From Anthoceros angustus (taxonomy: Eukaryota > Plantae > Anthocerotophyta): a stretch of DNA of 64,000 nt. Below are positions 50,363-62,487 of the stretch, piece by piece; position 1 is the first letter of the stretch; each line of letters begins with the position of its first letter. A program made the translations under genes and the position numbers. The notes beneath the pieces were generated by a model. The model did not search any database and was not told the origin of the DNA. It saw only the letters and a program-made list of their open reading frames with translations. The stretch lies in NCBI GenBank assembly GCA_010909165.1, contig VJWM01000202.1, positions 124,001 to 188,000 on the forward strand, read 5' to 3'.

Positions 50363-50969
50363 GTATCGCGCAGGAAGGAGTTGGGAAGTGGGCCAGGTTA
50401 ATTCTCTAGGAACATAGGCTAGTGGCCTAACATCAGAACATCAGAAGAACATAGGCTAGTGTAACAACATTCTTTGGGGTACTTGTTACCTGTGACTACC
50501 TAGTTCGACACAAGCTGAGTGAAAATATCAACAGAGCAGGAACCTGATCCTGGTCATCCTGATCATCCATCTTATACTTGACTGTCTGTTTCAGCATCTG
50601 CATAGCTCGTTGATGACATTACCTGCAACGCGGGCGGCAACGTATGGGAATGCCTCCCCGAGTCGGTATCGGTCTACTCCCTAAAGTCTGGCTGCAGAAG
50701 CTGGCAGGTCGATTCGAACAAGGCTGGAGAGTGGTCAGGTTCGATCTGATCCATGCGATGCTGCTGCTGCCGGTGCTGGAAGCGTGTGGGTTTGGCCAAT
50801 GATCGGAGGCAAACGGAGTGGCATGCCGGGAACAGGGCCGGCGTGATTTAAGAGGATGAGAAATCCATAAGCCCGAACTCTATGTTCGTGTGAAGTTGTA
50901 TTAGTTGACGGGAATGAGTTCGGGTGTTCCGCCTGGAAACACCCGAGCCCCGAGAGTTCACTTGTAACT

Positions 50970-51780
50970 GGGAAGGGCCCGCAAAGTAGTACAAGTCCAG
51001 AACACCTCCAACAATACGATAGGTTAAAGAGTCATTCCCATGTGTGATGTCCATGGCGTTGCTGTTTAGGAGTAGCACACCATGAGAAGAACCACCTTCA
51101 CTTACATCCAGATGGATGGGAAAAGACCTAAGGAGATCGATGTCTATAGATAAGCTGGGAATATCTGCAGCCCATATTCTGCCCTGGGTAAGTCCATCAG
51201 GACGAGTACTTTCACCCAGCCCATAAAGCAATGCAGTTGTAGAAACTTGTGTTGATATTTCCAAGTACTGATCCTTGAACACCAGACAGCCGAAAGCGTC
51301 CTGCACTTTCCCACCTGCGGCTGGAGGGGTTCTGTTGAATAGTACCTCTCCTGTTGCCCGTCTGGTGATAGCGAAGCCAAAGGGATCAGAGGTGTAGGAG
51401 AACTCCAAATGCCTTGAAGAAAAGCTCGCCTCTCCTGGTTTTGAGCTGGAGAAAGGTCATGATCCTTCTGTTGGGAAATGACATTCTCAGGTATTTCCCA
51501 TCTGTCATCGTGGGCGTCCGTAATGTGGACATGCAGCCTGTCAGTAGTCTCGTACCTGCATCAATAGAACCAGTTTGGATCATTTGCAAAATATACAGTA
51601 CGAGACACAAGAGGCTTTTTGTTGTCAGTCTCTCAAAGATCAGAGAGAATGAAGTACCTGACCACCAGTGTCAGGTCTGTTATATCATCACTGTATGTCG
51701 TTGTTGGCGAGATGACCTTCCAGTTCGCAACAATCGTGTCTCCAACAATCGTATCACCCACCACTACCATGTGCTCACAT
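50970..51780 (-). pseudogene. GH31 alpha-xylosidase/alpha-glucosidase N-terminal fragment
   Basis: RLHVHITDA..DRWEIP; YTSDPFGFAITRRATGEVLFN; LVFKDQYLEIST; LYGLGESTRP; HGVLLLNSNAMD; LTYRIVGGVLDLYYFAGPS; then truncated before the catalytic domain. Confidence 0.85.
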
Positions 51781-51914
51781 GATACAGCATTCGAGGGTTG
51801 AGACTTGGTTAGCGTTAAGGTAGTAGAAGTTCAAGGAAAAGGACGGAAATTCCAGGCGAGAATTTATGATAACAAGCCATAGTTGAGGGCAAACGCAGCA
51901 CTTACTAAACTGTA

Positions 51915-52045
51915 ACAGGCGGGCTCGTAGATCTCCTCCACATGTACTCATACGGAAGAATTAGGCCTTTTCCTTCATCACAGTACCCAACAAGTGAGAC
52001 CAATTTTTGGTATTGCACTGTTGCAGGAGATCGATCTACCAACCA
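51915..52045 (-). pseudogene. Receptor-like kinase (LRR-I-type) kinase-domain exon fragment
   Basis: KLVSLVGYCDEGKGLILPYEYM.GGDLRARL matches subdomains IV-V (HxNLVSLVGYC..LIxEYM..GDL). Confidence 0.7.
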
Positions 52046-53330
52046 ATGGCAAAAGACTCTTCCGGCAGACAAGAAAATTCTGCTGGGAATGTCTGCTCGT
52101 TCATCTTGAAAGCAATGTTCCTTCAAGCAAAAACAAGAATCGCCTCATTGGCAAGGGCGGATAGAAAGAGTGGATGCAGGATTCCGAGACTGTGAGGAAC
52201 CAGGGTTATAGCTCATGTACACGGACATTGCAAAGTTGCCAAGTCTCCTGGGAAGATACCATGGAAGCTTGCAAGTTGCAAATCCCGATGACATCTGTAC
52301 AGTGAACTCACACACTGGAGAAGCAGAGGCAGGACCGCACCCAAGTCTGTCGGGCTTGAGGCTCACCGGGGAAGAGAATCCTGGAATGTAAGGGGAGCAA
52401 GCAAAGACCTATGACAAGCTGGTAGTGGTGCCTCCTTTGCTAGATTATGTAACAAAAAATGGTTGGCTGGCTTTGTTGTTGTTGTCAGCCTGTGAACAGA
52501 TCAGTATGAGTGTTCAAGAGCATGCATACAACTCGAGGACCAGGCTGAGCAACTTTCTGTTCAAAGATCATTGATAAATTAGGACCAGGCTCAGCAACTC
52601 TCTGTCCAATATCATTGATAAATACAGGAATCGGCAATGAATGAGGTGGTGACAAGTGAACATTATAATTTTTGAAGGGGGAATATATTAACCCACTAGG
52701 TCGAAACAGCACCCCCTTAATACATTTTACACCCATTCTTAGCTTTGATAATGAACACACCCTGTATGAGTCCATACCTTTGATAAAAGACGTACTTTCA
52801 ATTCTACAGCCCAGAACTAGAGCACTATAGGGCGTGGGCCCGTCTGCGTTTTTTGTAGAATGCACAGAGGGTTGCCATTTTCATCTGTTTATTACAACCG
52901 AAAATATTTACTTAACATTTACTTTTCAAGTGGTGGAATACAATAAAAATCATGCCTGTACTTGCGAGAGTCTCATTTCAGTGGTCGTGAAAACCTTGCA
53001 ACAAATAATTGCTAAAGGAGGAAGTGGTCATCAGCATCAACAATAGTCATTCAAGAGGGCGGCCTGCGACTCGTCCATGCCTTGCGCCGATACTGAGTCA
53101 AGGACCACCACCGCCAAATTCCGAAGGCGGTCCATATCCTCCGCATCAAAGCTGTCATTCTCCTCCAATGCTTACTCGTATTCATTAGTATCATTCTTGG
53201 GCTCAGCTTCGGACGATGTCAACTGCCACACAACATTTAGGGTCTGCTGACCCTCATCCAAAACCTCGCCAGTCGTGGTCTTCAACCTTCTGGCACTCAA
53301 TGCAACCACTTGGGCTTTAAGGCAAAACTA

Positions 53331-53466
53331 GCGTCCTTAAAATGATCAAAGTTGGTTGCCCATGCGTCCTTAAAATAAATAAAGTTGGTTGCCCATGCGC
53401 CCTAAAATAAACAAAGTTGGTTGCCCATGCTTCATGCCAGCGTCCTTAAAATCAACAAAGTTGGTT
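53331..53466 (+). repeat. 33-bp tandem repeat x~4
   Basis: gcgtccttaaaat(n)aaagttggttgcccat. Confidence 0.88.
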
Positions 53467-53581
53467 TATTTAAATGGTAGAGGTTTTTGAATTTAAGATT
53501 TACTTGTTCTATTCGAACCATTTAAGCAACTATCCTGAGTTGCAAAAAAATGGCACCACTAATTATTTATTTTATAAAAGG

Positions 53582-53892
53582 CAGCCCATAAGGAGGACAT
53601 GCCTGGGAAGGTCGCCGGCCGCCTGGCGCCCATGGGTAGGGCGTGCTAGGGGAGGGCGCCAGCCGGCCGACGCCCATGGGCAGGGCGTGCTGGGGGAGGG
53701 CACCGGCCGTCCAGCACCCATGGGCAGGGCGTCTTGGGGGAGGGCGCCGGCCGGCCGGCACCCATGGACAGGGCGTGCATGGGAAGGGCGCCGGCGCTGG
53801 GCGGCGCCCATGGGCAGGGCGTGCATGAGAAGGGCGCCGGTCGGCCAGCAACCATGGGCAGGGCGTGCATAGGAAGGGCGCCGGCCGGCCAT
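53582..53892 (+). repeat. GC-rich ~44-bp minisatellite x~7
   Basis: cccatgggcagggcgtgc(n)gg(g)agggcgccggccggc units. Confidence 0.9.
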
Positions 53893-56099
53893 CGTCCTCT
53901 TTATGGATGCGTATTTTGAAACTCTTCTCTCATGCCACGGTTGTACCCATTTTCCAAAAAATCTATGAACCCATTTTCATTCATTCATTCGTACTGTACT
54001 ATGTGCAGCTTCATTCTTGAAGAATATATGAGCATGTTCAAGTACTCGCTAAAACGTGGAGCATAGCATTACTTTGAAACTGCCGTGTAGATAGAGTGGG
54101 ACAAAACTTTTGGGCCCTGGTTTTGAGGAAACTAGTCCCACTTACTCCGTATGTTTAAAAATGTTTTTAGGCAATGGCTCTTGATTTGGCTAACTTGGCT
54201 CTTGAAATAGTGTGCATGAAGTACAAGGCCTTTATGTTCCCCACATAGGGCGGTCATTTGCTTCGAAGGACTTCGCGCTGCCCCACCCTGGACTAAAGTA
54301 GAGGAATGCAAAGGAAAACGGGACCTTGTGACAAGGGCTTGCGGTATTCGGTCGCTAATGACAAACCATGTGGACGACTGTAAAAAAATCAGAATGAAGG
54401 TGGTTGTTGAAGAGAGTTCCATTTGCATATCAATGTGGAATCCAATGTCATCGTATACTCTACCACGTAGGCGAAGGACATTGCACAAATTGTGCGTAGG
54501 AAGTGAGAATGACGACCAGGAAATTTGACCTAAACCCCAAACCAGAAGTGCGGGAAAAGGCGCCCACCGCCGCCTTTTCCGCACGTGAATACGCCCAATG
54601 TGTAGTATATAAACCGCTACTCAGGGTCTTCTTTTAGTGTTTTTACATAGTGCCTCAACCAGGAATTATCTGATGTGAGGGGCACAACCAAGCCCCTTTA
54701 TACAATTGCTGGGGCGTCATAGCCACCAGACTTTGCAGGTCCTAAAAATGGCTGAACGCGAAGAGGCGCCCCTACAATTTCGGACGGCCTTAGGTCCAGG
54801 ATGGCATCTTACCTCATCCTATCCAAAGTTCTATTCCTAGGATGCCACTACTCCCTGCCCATGTTATCTCCGCACCCTCCTCCGATTTGGTCGCCTGGCC
54901 CTTCGTCCTCTACTGCTGAATCCATGGGCCCTCCTTCCTCGTTGGTGGTCTGGTAAACCCTCCCATAAACTCTCCACCGTTTTTCCATGAACCCAAGTCC
55001 CAGCTCCCTCACCAATTCTCCAGCTCGAAGTTGAAGGACAATATTTACGTACGTAACACTGACAGAAATGGTCAACTATATGGGTTCAATTAAGTCGGAA
55101 ATTGATATGTTGTGGAAAGCCTAAACCCTTCACATATCTTTGTCGATCATGAAAACAATGCAACCAATCATATGACACCATGATTTTGTGATAAATTTTT
55201 AGAGCATAGAAGGACAAGCTAATTTTAAACCCATAACAAACCCTCTTCAAAGGATAAAACCACTAAACCCCCATCGGGTATATTCCCCCTTCAGGAGGAA
55301 TTATGATGTTCGGGGCAGAAAGGAGTGGACAAAGATCAGGCCGTGAAAGGAATTTTGAGGGCAGGATAAACCGGACAATCATCCGACCATGATGGTGGTC
55401 TGTGCATGCCAAACAGATTGTGCATGCTCTCACACACAGATTGTATGTTGTCGTGAGCTATGATCGCTGGATACGTTGCTTACTGAAGTCGACTACTCTG
55501 CCATGGTAGTTGAATGGGCTTTGTCAGAACTCCTCAGAAGTGGAGCAAGGGGATGGAGTTAGGGGTGGGGGAGAGGGAGACAAGAAAGGCGATGGACGGA
55601 AAGACGGCAAAAGGAAAGAAACACGAGGACGTTGCAGGGAACTCGGGGTTTGTTAGACCTAATGAGGGGATTCAGGGACGTGAACGTAATGAAGCAACGG
55701 GAAGGCACTACCTCCCATGTCCGTTATTCACCAGGTGTGCCGCGCAGGAAAACAGCCGTGTCGCACGCACAATCCGATTCCTGGCAGGCCCGAGTTACAC
55801 CTCGAAGAGCAGCATTGGCTGGCAGGCCAAGCTCCCGGCGTCGTCTCGGTCTGACGGCTGGCCCACATGCGAAAGGCTGCTGCTGCTGCTGCTGCAGCTG
55901 CAGCTGGAGCTCGGCCAAAAATGGAAGGCGATTGCTAGGCGCAGCTGCTGCTGCAGCTGCCGCTGACTTCGATCATCTTCCCCACCACGCGGCTCCCAAG
56001 TCCCGGGCCCTAGCAGGCTCCATCTCCAGCTCCACACTTGATGCTCCGTGATATCACTGCATTGTGTTGAGTTCCTCCCACGCATTCCTTCCACTCTCC

Positions 56100-57752
56100 A
56101 TGGCAGGGGTGAAGGGCGGCGTGCAGGCCCGGGACGCGGTGGGCGTCCTCCTCCTGGGCGCGGGAGGGAAGAAGAGCCGGGCTGTGCTGCGCAGGCCGCT
56201 GCTTCTGGGCATCTTCCTCTTCCTGTGCCTCTTCCTCCCCCTCACGCTCGTCGTGCTGGATGGCGTCTCCGGGTGGTGCGACTCGGAAGCCGTGTCGGCC
56301 GGGGGTCCGGAGCAGCAGGGGGCCAAGGCGACGGCGGCGCTGTGCATGGCGGTGGAGCGCATGAGGCGGTCGGCGCGGGACGTGACGTCCTCGCTGGAGG
56401 ACGGGGATCCGGAGCGCTGGCTGCTGGAGGAGGGGGACGACGCGCCCAACGTGCTGGCCTGGAAGAGCCAGTGGGAGCGGCGGAACCTGACGCTCAAGGG
56501 GAAGCCGGGGCCTGGGCTCCGGCCCAACCTCACGGTCTGGGAGCTGGAGGTGGTGGACACCAAGAAGGTGGGGGAGGTGAAGGAGGTGGCGGACGCGCTC
56601 AAGTGCAGCCCGCGCCGCGTGCCGGTGATGCTGTCCGTGGGGGAGCTCGGGACGGTGGCGTGCCCCGCGCTCTGGGAGTGCAAGAAGGGGAAGGCGGGCT
56701 TGAGGGCGGTGTGCGGGGACCCGACGCTGGTGGACGAGGAGGATCCCGTGTCGCTCCCGACGGAGGGCGGCTTCACCACGCTCCGCCTCGGGGAGCGGGC
56801 GGTGGGGAAGTACGTCGCGCAGCGCGGGGGCTTCGCCTTCCTCGCCCACGTCTACACCAACAAGCTCGCGCAGGTGTTCGACGCCGGCCAGATTTTCCTC
56901 AAAGGCGGGTGCTGGGAGGTGGAGGGGAGGCGGCCGCTGGTGCGCGACGGGCACCGGGTCCTGGAGCTCCCGGCGGCCATCAGCCTGGCGTCCGGCCACG
57001 CCAGCAGCCAGTTCCACGGCCTGGCGGAGCTGCTCCCGCGCATCGCCCTCCTGCTGCCCGCCATCCGCGCGTTTCCGGGGGCCGGGGTCGTGGTGTCCAA
57101 GCCGGACGTGGCGGCGGTCTCCACCTTCTTCCGGCTGCTGGGCGAGCCTGAGCCGGACCCGGGGCGCGTGCATGTGTTGGGCGACAAGGACCTGGTGCGC
57201 GCGGACATTCTGGTGGTGGCGCAGGGGCCTCTCTGCGGGAGGGCGAGCGGGAGCCTGTGGCGTCGCATTCGGCGGGCGCATTTCCGGGTGGGGCGGACAA
57301 GGTGGGGAGCGCGGGCTGGTACGTTGTGGTGGAGGCGGAAGGCGAGCCGGGGCTGGTGCAGCACGACGGGGATCGTGGCTGGGCTGGAGGCGGCTCTGGG
57401 TTCGGCGCGGGTGCGGGTGTTCTCGGACCGGGTGAATTGGAGCATGGAGGCCACCAGGGAGCTCTTCTCCCGGGCCGCGGTGATGCTGGGACCGCACGGC
57501 GCCGGGCTGTCGAACATGGTGTTCATGCCGCACGCCGCGTCCGTCGTGGAGGTGCGGCCCAGCAACTTCAGCAACCCCTGCTACCACTCGCTGGCGGACG
57601 CGCTGCGCTTCAACTATTACAGGATCGACGCTCCCGGCGTGAAGAGCAGCCGGATGGACGTGGACGTGGAGGCGACTGTCGCGCTGGTGGCGTCCATCGT
57701 CCGCGCCCGCGGCCGGCCTGTGCCATTCTACCCGCAGCTTGTCACGTCTTAG
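56100..57752 (+). CDS. Glycosyltransferase family 61 (DUF563), type II membrane protein, intronless, very GC-rich
   Basis: N-terminal TM LLLGIFLFLCLFLPLTLVVL; FHGLAELLPRI; ELFSRAAVMLGPHGAGLSNMVFMPHAASVVEVRP; CYHSLADAL. Confidence 0.88.
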   Translation: MAGVKGGVQARDAVGVLLLGAGGKKSRAVLRRPLLLGIFLFLCLFLPLTLVVLDGVSGWCDSEAVSAGGPEQQGAKATAALCMAVERMRRSARDVTSSLEDGDPERWLLEEGDDAPNVLAWKSQWERRNLTLKGKPGPGLRPNLTVWELEVVDTKKVGEVKEVADALKCSPRRVPVMLSVGELGTVACPALWECKKGKAGLRAVCGDPTLVDEEDPVSLPTEGGFTTLRLGERAVGKYVAQRGGFAFLAHVYTNKLAQVFDAGQIFLKGGCWEVEGRRPLVRDGHRVLELPAAISLASGHASSQFHGLAELLPRIALLLPAIRAFPGAGVVVSKPDVAAVSTFFRLLGEPEPDPGRVHVLGDKDLVRADILVVAQGPLCGRASGSLWRRIRRAHFRVGRTRWGARAGTLWWRRKASRGWCSTTGIVAGLEAALGSARVRVFSDRVNWSMEATRELFSRAAVMLGPHGAGLSNMVFMPHAASVVEVRPSNFSNPCYHSLADALRFNYYRIDAPGVKSSRMDVDVEATVALVASIVRARGRPVPFYPQLVTS

Positions 57753-59291
57753 AGCAAGCAATCGAGCAGTCGATCCTCCAGACTGAGTCATGTGACCCAT
57801 CTCCGCCGCGCTTGTGTATCTACTGTGTGGTGGCGGATTCCAGGCCAAGGCAGGCCCGCACAAGCGCTTGAAACGTGCACACGTACAAGAGCTTGGAAGC
57901 TGGGAACTGCCGAGCCCGTGGTGGAATCGGTTGGCGGCCCGATTCGGGTTTGCGAAAGTGAACTGGTCTTCAGAATGGCTGCCATTTCCCAAGCACGGGA
58001 TCCCGAGGGGCCTCAGGCGAATGGGGAGCATCACCACCAGGAGAGACCAGCGCGCAATGTACAATTAGTTTCTGACGGCAGGTGCAGCAGGATTTGTTCT
58101 TCACAAGGCGTGGAATACAGTGTCGCCCACAACCGACATGGAGTTCCTTGGCCCTTGTATTGGCAGTGACAGCCTAAGGCCCAGAAGCAGAAATCTGAGA
58201 GCAAGTAATAGGATTGGGGGTTAGCATTCTCCGTGTTTTGTTCTCGATCGCCATCTTGTACGAATTACTTTCCTAGCACGCTTACGCTTGCCAACGTGTG
58301 TGCGGAATATGAGCACTCCACGACCTCGTCGCTGGGGTGGTTTCGCATGTATGACTTTAATGCAAATCTTTCAAGGCATGTGTATGTACAAGAGAGATAC
58401 TGTATGTCCAAAGGCTGCCCAATGTCAGAGGTCAGAGCATTCCTTGTGCAGTATCCCAAGACAGGGGGCCGAGCCGGGCCGACTTGCCCCCACAATCCGT
58501 TCTCATGCATGTACACTTTGTACAGCTCGCCTACGGTAATCTCCGAAGCCACAAATGTTTGGCGCGTGCGGCTTCGTCCGTGGCGTCAGACGCCTATGGT
58601 TGCCCCATAGCCTCCTACACGGGCTCTGCAGACTGCAGGACGCCCATGTCATCCGTACCAGTTTAGTCGATGTACAGTATGTACATATGTAAGTATATGT
58701 ACATACTGTATATGTAAGCTGGGAACGAGATGGTGGCAGAGAAGCTTCACAAGCAGGATCTTCAAGTCGGGAAAACGGTATTCACGATTCTCCGTTCTAG
58801 GCCGATTCCGACACAACTTCTCCCCTGTTTTAGAAGTAAGTGCACAAAAAAACATATTCTCGCCTGACACTGACCAGGGCTAGCCATCTCTAGGATAATC
58901 TGTTTTCAGGGCTGCACGATGTACATGGCTCCTACAACCCTAAAAATAGGACTGGAATAACTCCCAGGGCCCACCTCATGAAAACGACTGACACTGACTG
59001 TGTTCTGGAATCTGGTTCCCACAAGCGAGCCCTGCGGACCGGAGACTGCGGACTGCGAGGTGCGAGATTTTGTTTGTGCAGTGACCTTCGGATAGTGGAG
59101 AGGGTCCAAGGTCTTCCAGGCTGTCAAGCGTCCAAGGCTGGTGAAGCAAGCCTCTCCAGTGTCTCCACCAGTTCACATCCTGTTGTGCATGCAGATTGTC
59201 TCAGTTACATGGTAAGTTGGTTGTAACGGGCTGCAGCGTCCCGCTCGTTGTATTGTACGTACCACTGGGAGCAACCACTGCAGCAGGACCA

Positions 59292-59809
59292 CTACCTGCT
59301 CAGCTTGTAACAGCGTGTCACTTCTAGCTCACACGTTTCCTGATCCAGAACGAATTTCAAGCCACGGGAAGGCTCCAGGGTTCCCCCGAATCGCAGCTTC
59401 TTTGAAAGAGCAGAACGAGGACCTGTAGCCCCCTTCACAACAAACAGGCCATTGATATCCGCGTCTGTAGCCATGAGCTGAATTCTCCGCTTGAGCCCTG
59501 TGCATGCCTTGGCAAACAGCGACTCTTCGAGCATGGACTTGGAAACCTCTGCCGTCACACCGTCAGCCTCCGCACTCACAGAGTGTGCCCCGCCCTTCGT
59601 GCTTGGCTTGTACACCATCTGCTTTGCAATCTGTTGCTGAATGGATCGCGTCACCTTCTTCGCATTGCTCTCTATCTCTTTTGGTGAGAGGCTCGGTCCG
59701 GCTGCTGCCTCCGTACTCGTTGCCTTTCTTTCTCCTCCAACATTCTTTTCAATTCCTTGATGGTGTCGCAGGCATCCCATGGGCGGGGCCTCTTCGTAGC
59801 TGGTGCCAT
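59292..59809 (-). pseudogene. Intronless hypothetical ~170-aa protein with one frameshift (pseudogene or homopolymer error)
   Basis: MAPATKRPRPW..IKELKRMLEEKE from the ATG at 59809 joins ATSTEAAAGPSLSPKEIESNAKKVTRSIQQQIAKQMVYKPS...CYKLSR* if one A is added in gagaaagaaag (~59725). Confidence 0.5.
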
Positions 59810-60603
59810 GTCTGTTTTGCAAACCACAGGCCTGTCGCAACGACTTAGCTGAAACACGCAATATCTCCTGGAAGTTTTGTAAGCTTGGGACCAGTGTTCC
59901 ATACAACTGGACTGTATGCCTCAGGTGGATGTTTTGCAGTGCTCAAGACACTGAAGAGGCCCTGACAGAAAGCGGTTTTCCAACCATCAGTGCAATCTAT
60001 GGTACAGAAAAGGCATGTGAGCTGAACGCAAAGGAAGATGGTCCCGGATCCTAGCACATCAGGTAAACAATTCATCGAAGGTACCCCCGCTGACAACAAC
60101 ATCATGCATTGGCTGTAAGTGCAGACTGGAGCACCTGAATCTTTCCCAAGAGGAGGCAAGCAACAGACAAATTTCAGCATCGCCACTTTGGATCAAAGAG
60201 TAGCGTACAACCTAAACACAACGCTTCAAAAGTGATGTCCGCCGAGCGACGCCGCCGAACACCAATCAGCACTAGCGGGTCCACCAGCTTATAAGACCTA
60301 CTTTCAGATGTTCAGATGCGTGGGAAGAGAATGACGCTGCTTTAGGCGGGGAACTAGCTCCTGCGTTGATCAGCGATCTCCCGCACCAACCTTCATATCA
60401 ATGACGGTTGGATTGTGCGGGAAACAGACTCCTGGGTTAAGCAGAAGGCTGGGTTGATATAGGCCGGGATTCAAGAACATTCCAAGTTCGCAATTCACGG
60501 TCCACGACTCCTTTTCCGTTCCATACCCACACGGGCTACAAGAGTGAAAATTGCGTTAAGTTACAGTGGAATATTGTCTCAACGTTTGCTGCTATTCAGG
60601 CCT

Positions 60604-62128
60604 TCATGGCACAGCCACAGCAGAGCCTGATTGGAGCCCTCGGATCTTAACGTCATACAGAACCTCTTCCACTTTCTTCAAATCATATTTCATGCCTGCA
60701 CAGGTTCACAACGAGCCCAGTGTCAGCCACCGGCACAACTCCATGCATCACCATTTTGGCATGCCACGAAGTAGAAATGACGAGCTTCGGTTAAGCCTTG
60801 AACAGTCCAAACACCACGGCAAAGTACTCTTTCGTGATCACGTATTCATGGCCTTCAAAGGCTTACCATCGAATCGCTTGCGCAAGGTATCATTGCGAAG
60901 GTTCAGAATTCGGAATGCAGAGTACAGGTTGCTAAGAAAGTCGGATACTTGGCGGGGACAGTCGTAGTCACCAGCAGTGACTCGGTTGACCACAAATCTA
61001 GGCTGCATCACAGACGTACACTTCACAACAGTGTTGCAAAGGACTGGACAGAGAGGAACGCAAACTTCTGACAAAGAAAGACGTACCAGCTCATTGGAAA
61101 AGTTGCATATCCCTGCCAGTAAACAAAGAACTGTAAGGACCTCAACAGCTTGACTCTCAAGCGCTGTGGAGGCCGGAGATCAATGGCTTACCACCAGGAA
61201 CAAAACACAATGACGTTGAACTCACAACCTACAGTGCTGACTCACCAATAAGATAATCTTCAAGATCGAGGTGGAACTCTTCCGTCACTGCAAACAGCAA
61301 GGAGACTTCAGACACTTCAAGCTATTAGGCCAGATTGCAACTGACAGCAGACTGAGCTGCCGGCCACATCAAAGAGCCACCTTCAGATGAAGAGATTGCA
61401 GAATCAACCGTCATCCTTCAGGTTATAACCTTACAGCCTAAAATTTCCTGTGTCTCCGGGTGTGATACAAGCGTCTTCTTGTCCAGCCAATGTAGAAACG
61501 CAAGGATGGAGACCACAGTGTTGGTCTGATTGCGCCAAAAATCGTGATATCTAGAAAACAACGCTACATCAGGTCAACCACTAGCTTTTAACCTCCACAG
61601 AGCATTCCCTTTCAGTTTAGCATTTCAAGAGAGACTCCATGCAAGGATAACTGCATCATCAAGTGCTCCACTTCTAACATACAGTTGACATGATTGCAGT
61701 TACCAAATACCTATAATACTGTCCAGGTTGTTTCTTGATGACGTCCGCAAGCTCTTTGTATTGCTCCCTTACTGCAGGCAATTGATCTCTGACTTTTTGT
61801 ATCACCGGCTCTGCAGTCCTCCAATGTCAGGAATGTAAAAACTCCTTCCCAGCAGGAGCAGAGCAGCCAAAACCATTTGAACCCTGACAAAGCAGAACCG
61901 AACCGAAAAGAAGAAAATTGAACTCATTTCCTGGATTCATGCGAAACCTAACTGGCAACAGAGGCATCACTCACCGGTGGAGAGGGATGTGGTGTGGTGG
62001 ATCGGCAGCAGTGATGCCTGCATCGCTCGGATAGAAGCATCCAAATCCGCTACAACTGATCTCAATGCATCTCGCACTGCACCTGACTCTTCCAGCTGCG
62101 TACGAAATTGTTCAAACAGCGAATCCAT
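60604..62128 (-). CDS. TSN: Translin (C3PO subunit), multi-exon
   Basis: FEQFRTQLEESGAVRD; GQYYRYHDFW; LAFLHWL; DLEDYLIG; SNELPRFVVNRVTAGDYDCP; FRILNLRNDTLRKRFDGMKYDLKKVEEVLYDVKIRGL. Confidence 0.94.
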
Positions 62129-62487
62129 CCCAGAAATGCTGCCTAAACGACCGAAAGCTCGCTTGCCGCTTCTTCAGTGTGGATTTCGACCCCCACCGTC
62201 CCAGCATTCGGTTCGTAAAACGAGACGCTGAATGTATAACCTTTATTTGCAGTCTAATAACGAATGGCCCGAAAGACTGCAAAACAGGAAGCCTGGCACC
62301 GAGCCCTCCGCACTCGCCGCAGGTCCGTCTTTTGGTGCATGCGGTATTTGACGTTCTGCCCCGGTAATCGCTCGTAGCTTTGATGTTGGATGCGCCCCCT
62401 TTTGTTGCTGATTTTCTTCGTGGTTGCTTTGATGAGGAACAGCGAAGGACGTGAAGGGGGATCCAGCTGCTGTCCAGGAAGGGCGTG

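Noticed and set aside
52867-53561. Possible hAT TIR pair gagggttgccatttt / aaaatggcaccacta
   Set aside because: Imperfect match and no 8-bp TSD.
55876-55965. (CTG)n/CAGCTG tracts and ORFs upstream of GT61
   Set aside because: Ordinary UTR microsatellite; the polyL/polyC/polyA ORFs are by-products.
56010-58064. 684-aa antisense ORF and other long alternate frames over GT61
   Set aside because: Shadow ORFs expected from very high GC and codon bias; Arg/His/Pro-rich with no motifs.
58265-58552. Exon-like minus-strand ORF (ITVGELYKVYMHENG...NHPSDEVVECSY)
   Set aside because: Could be a gene relic, but I could not build a gene model or recognise a family.
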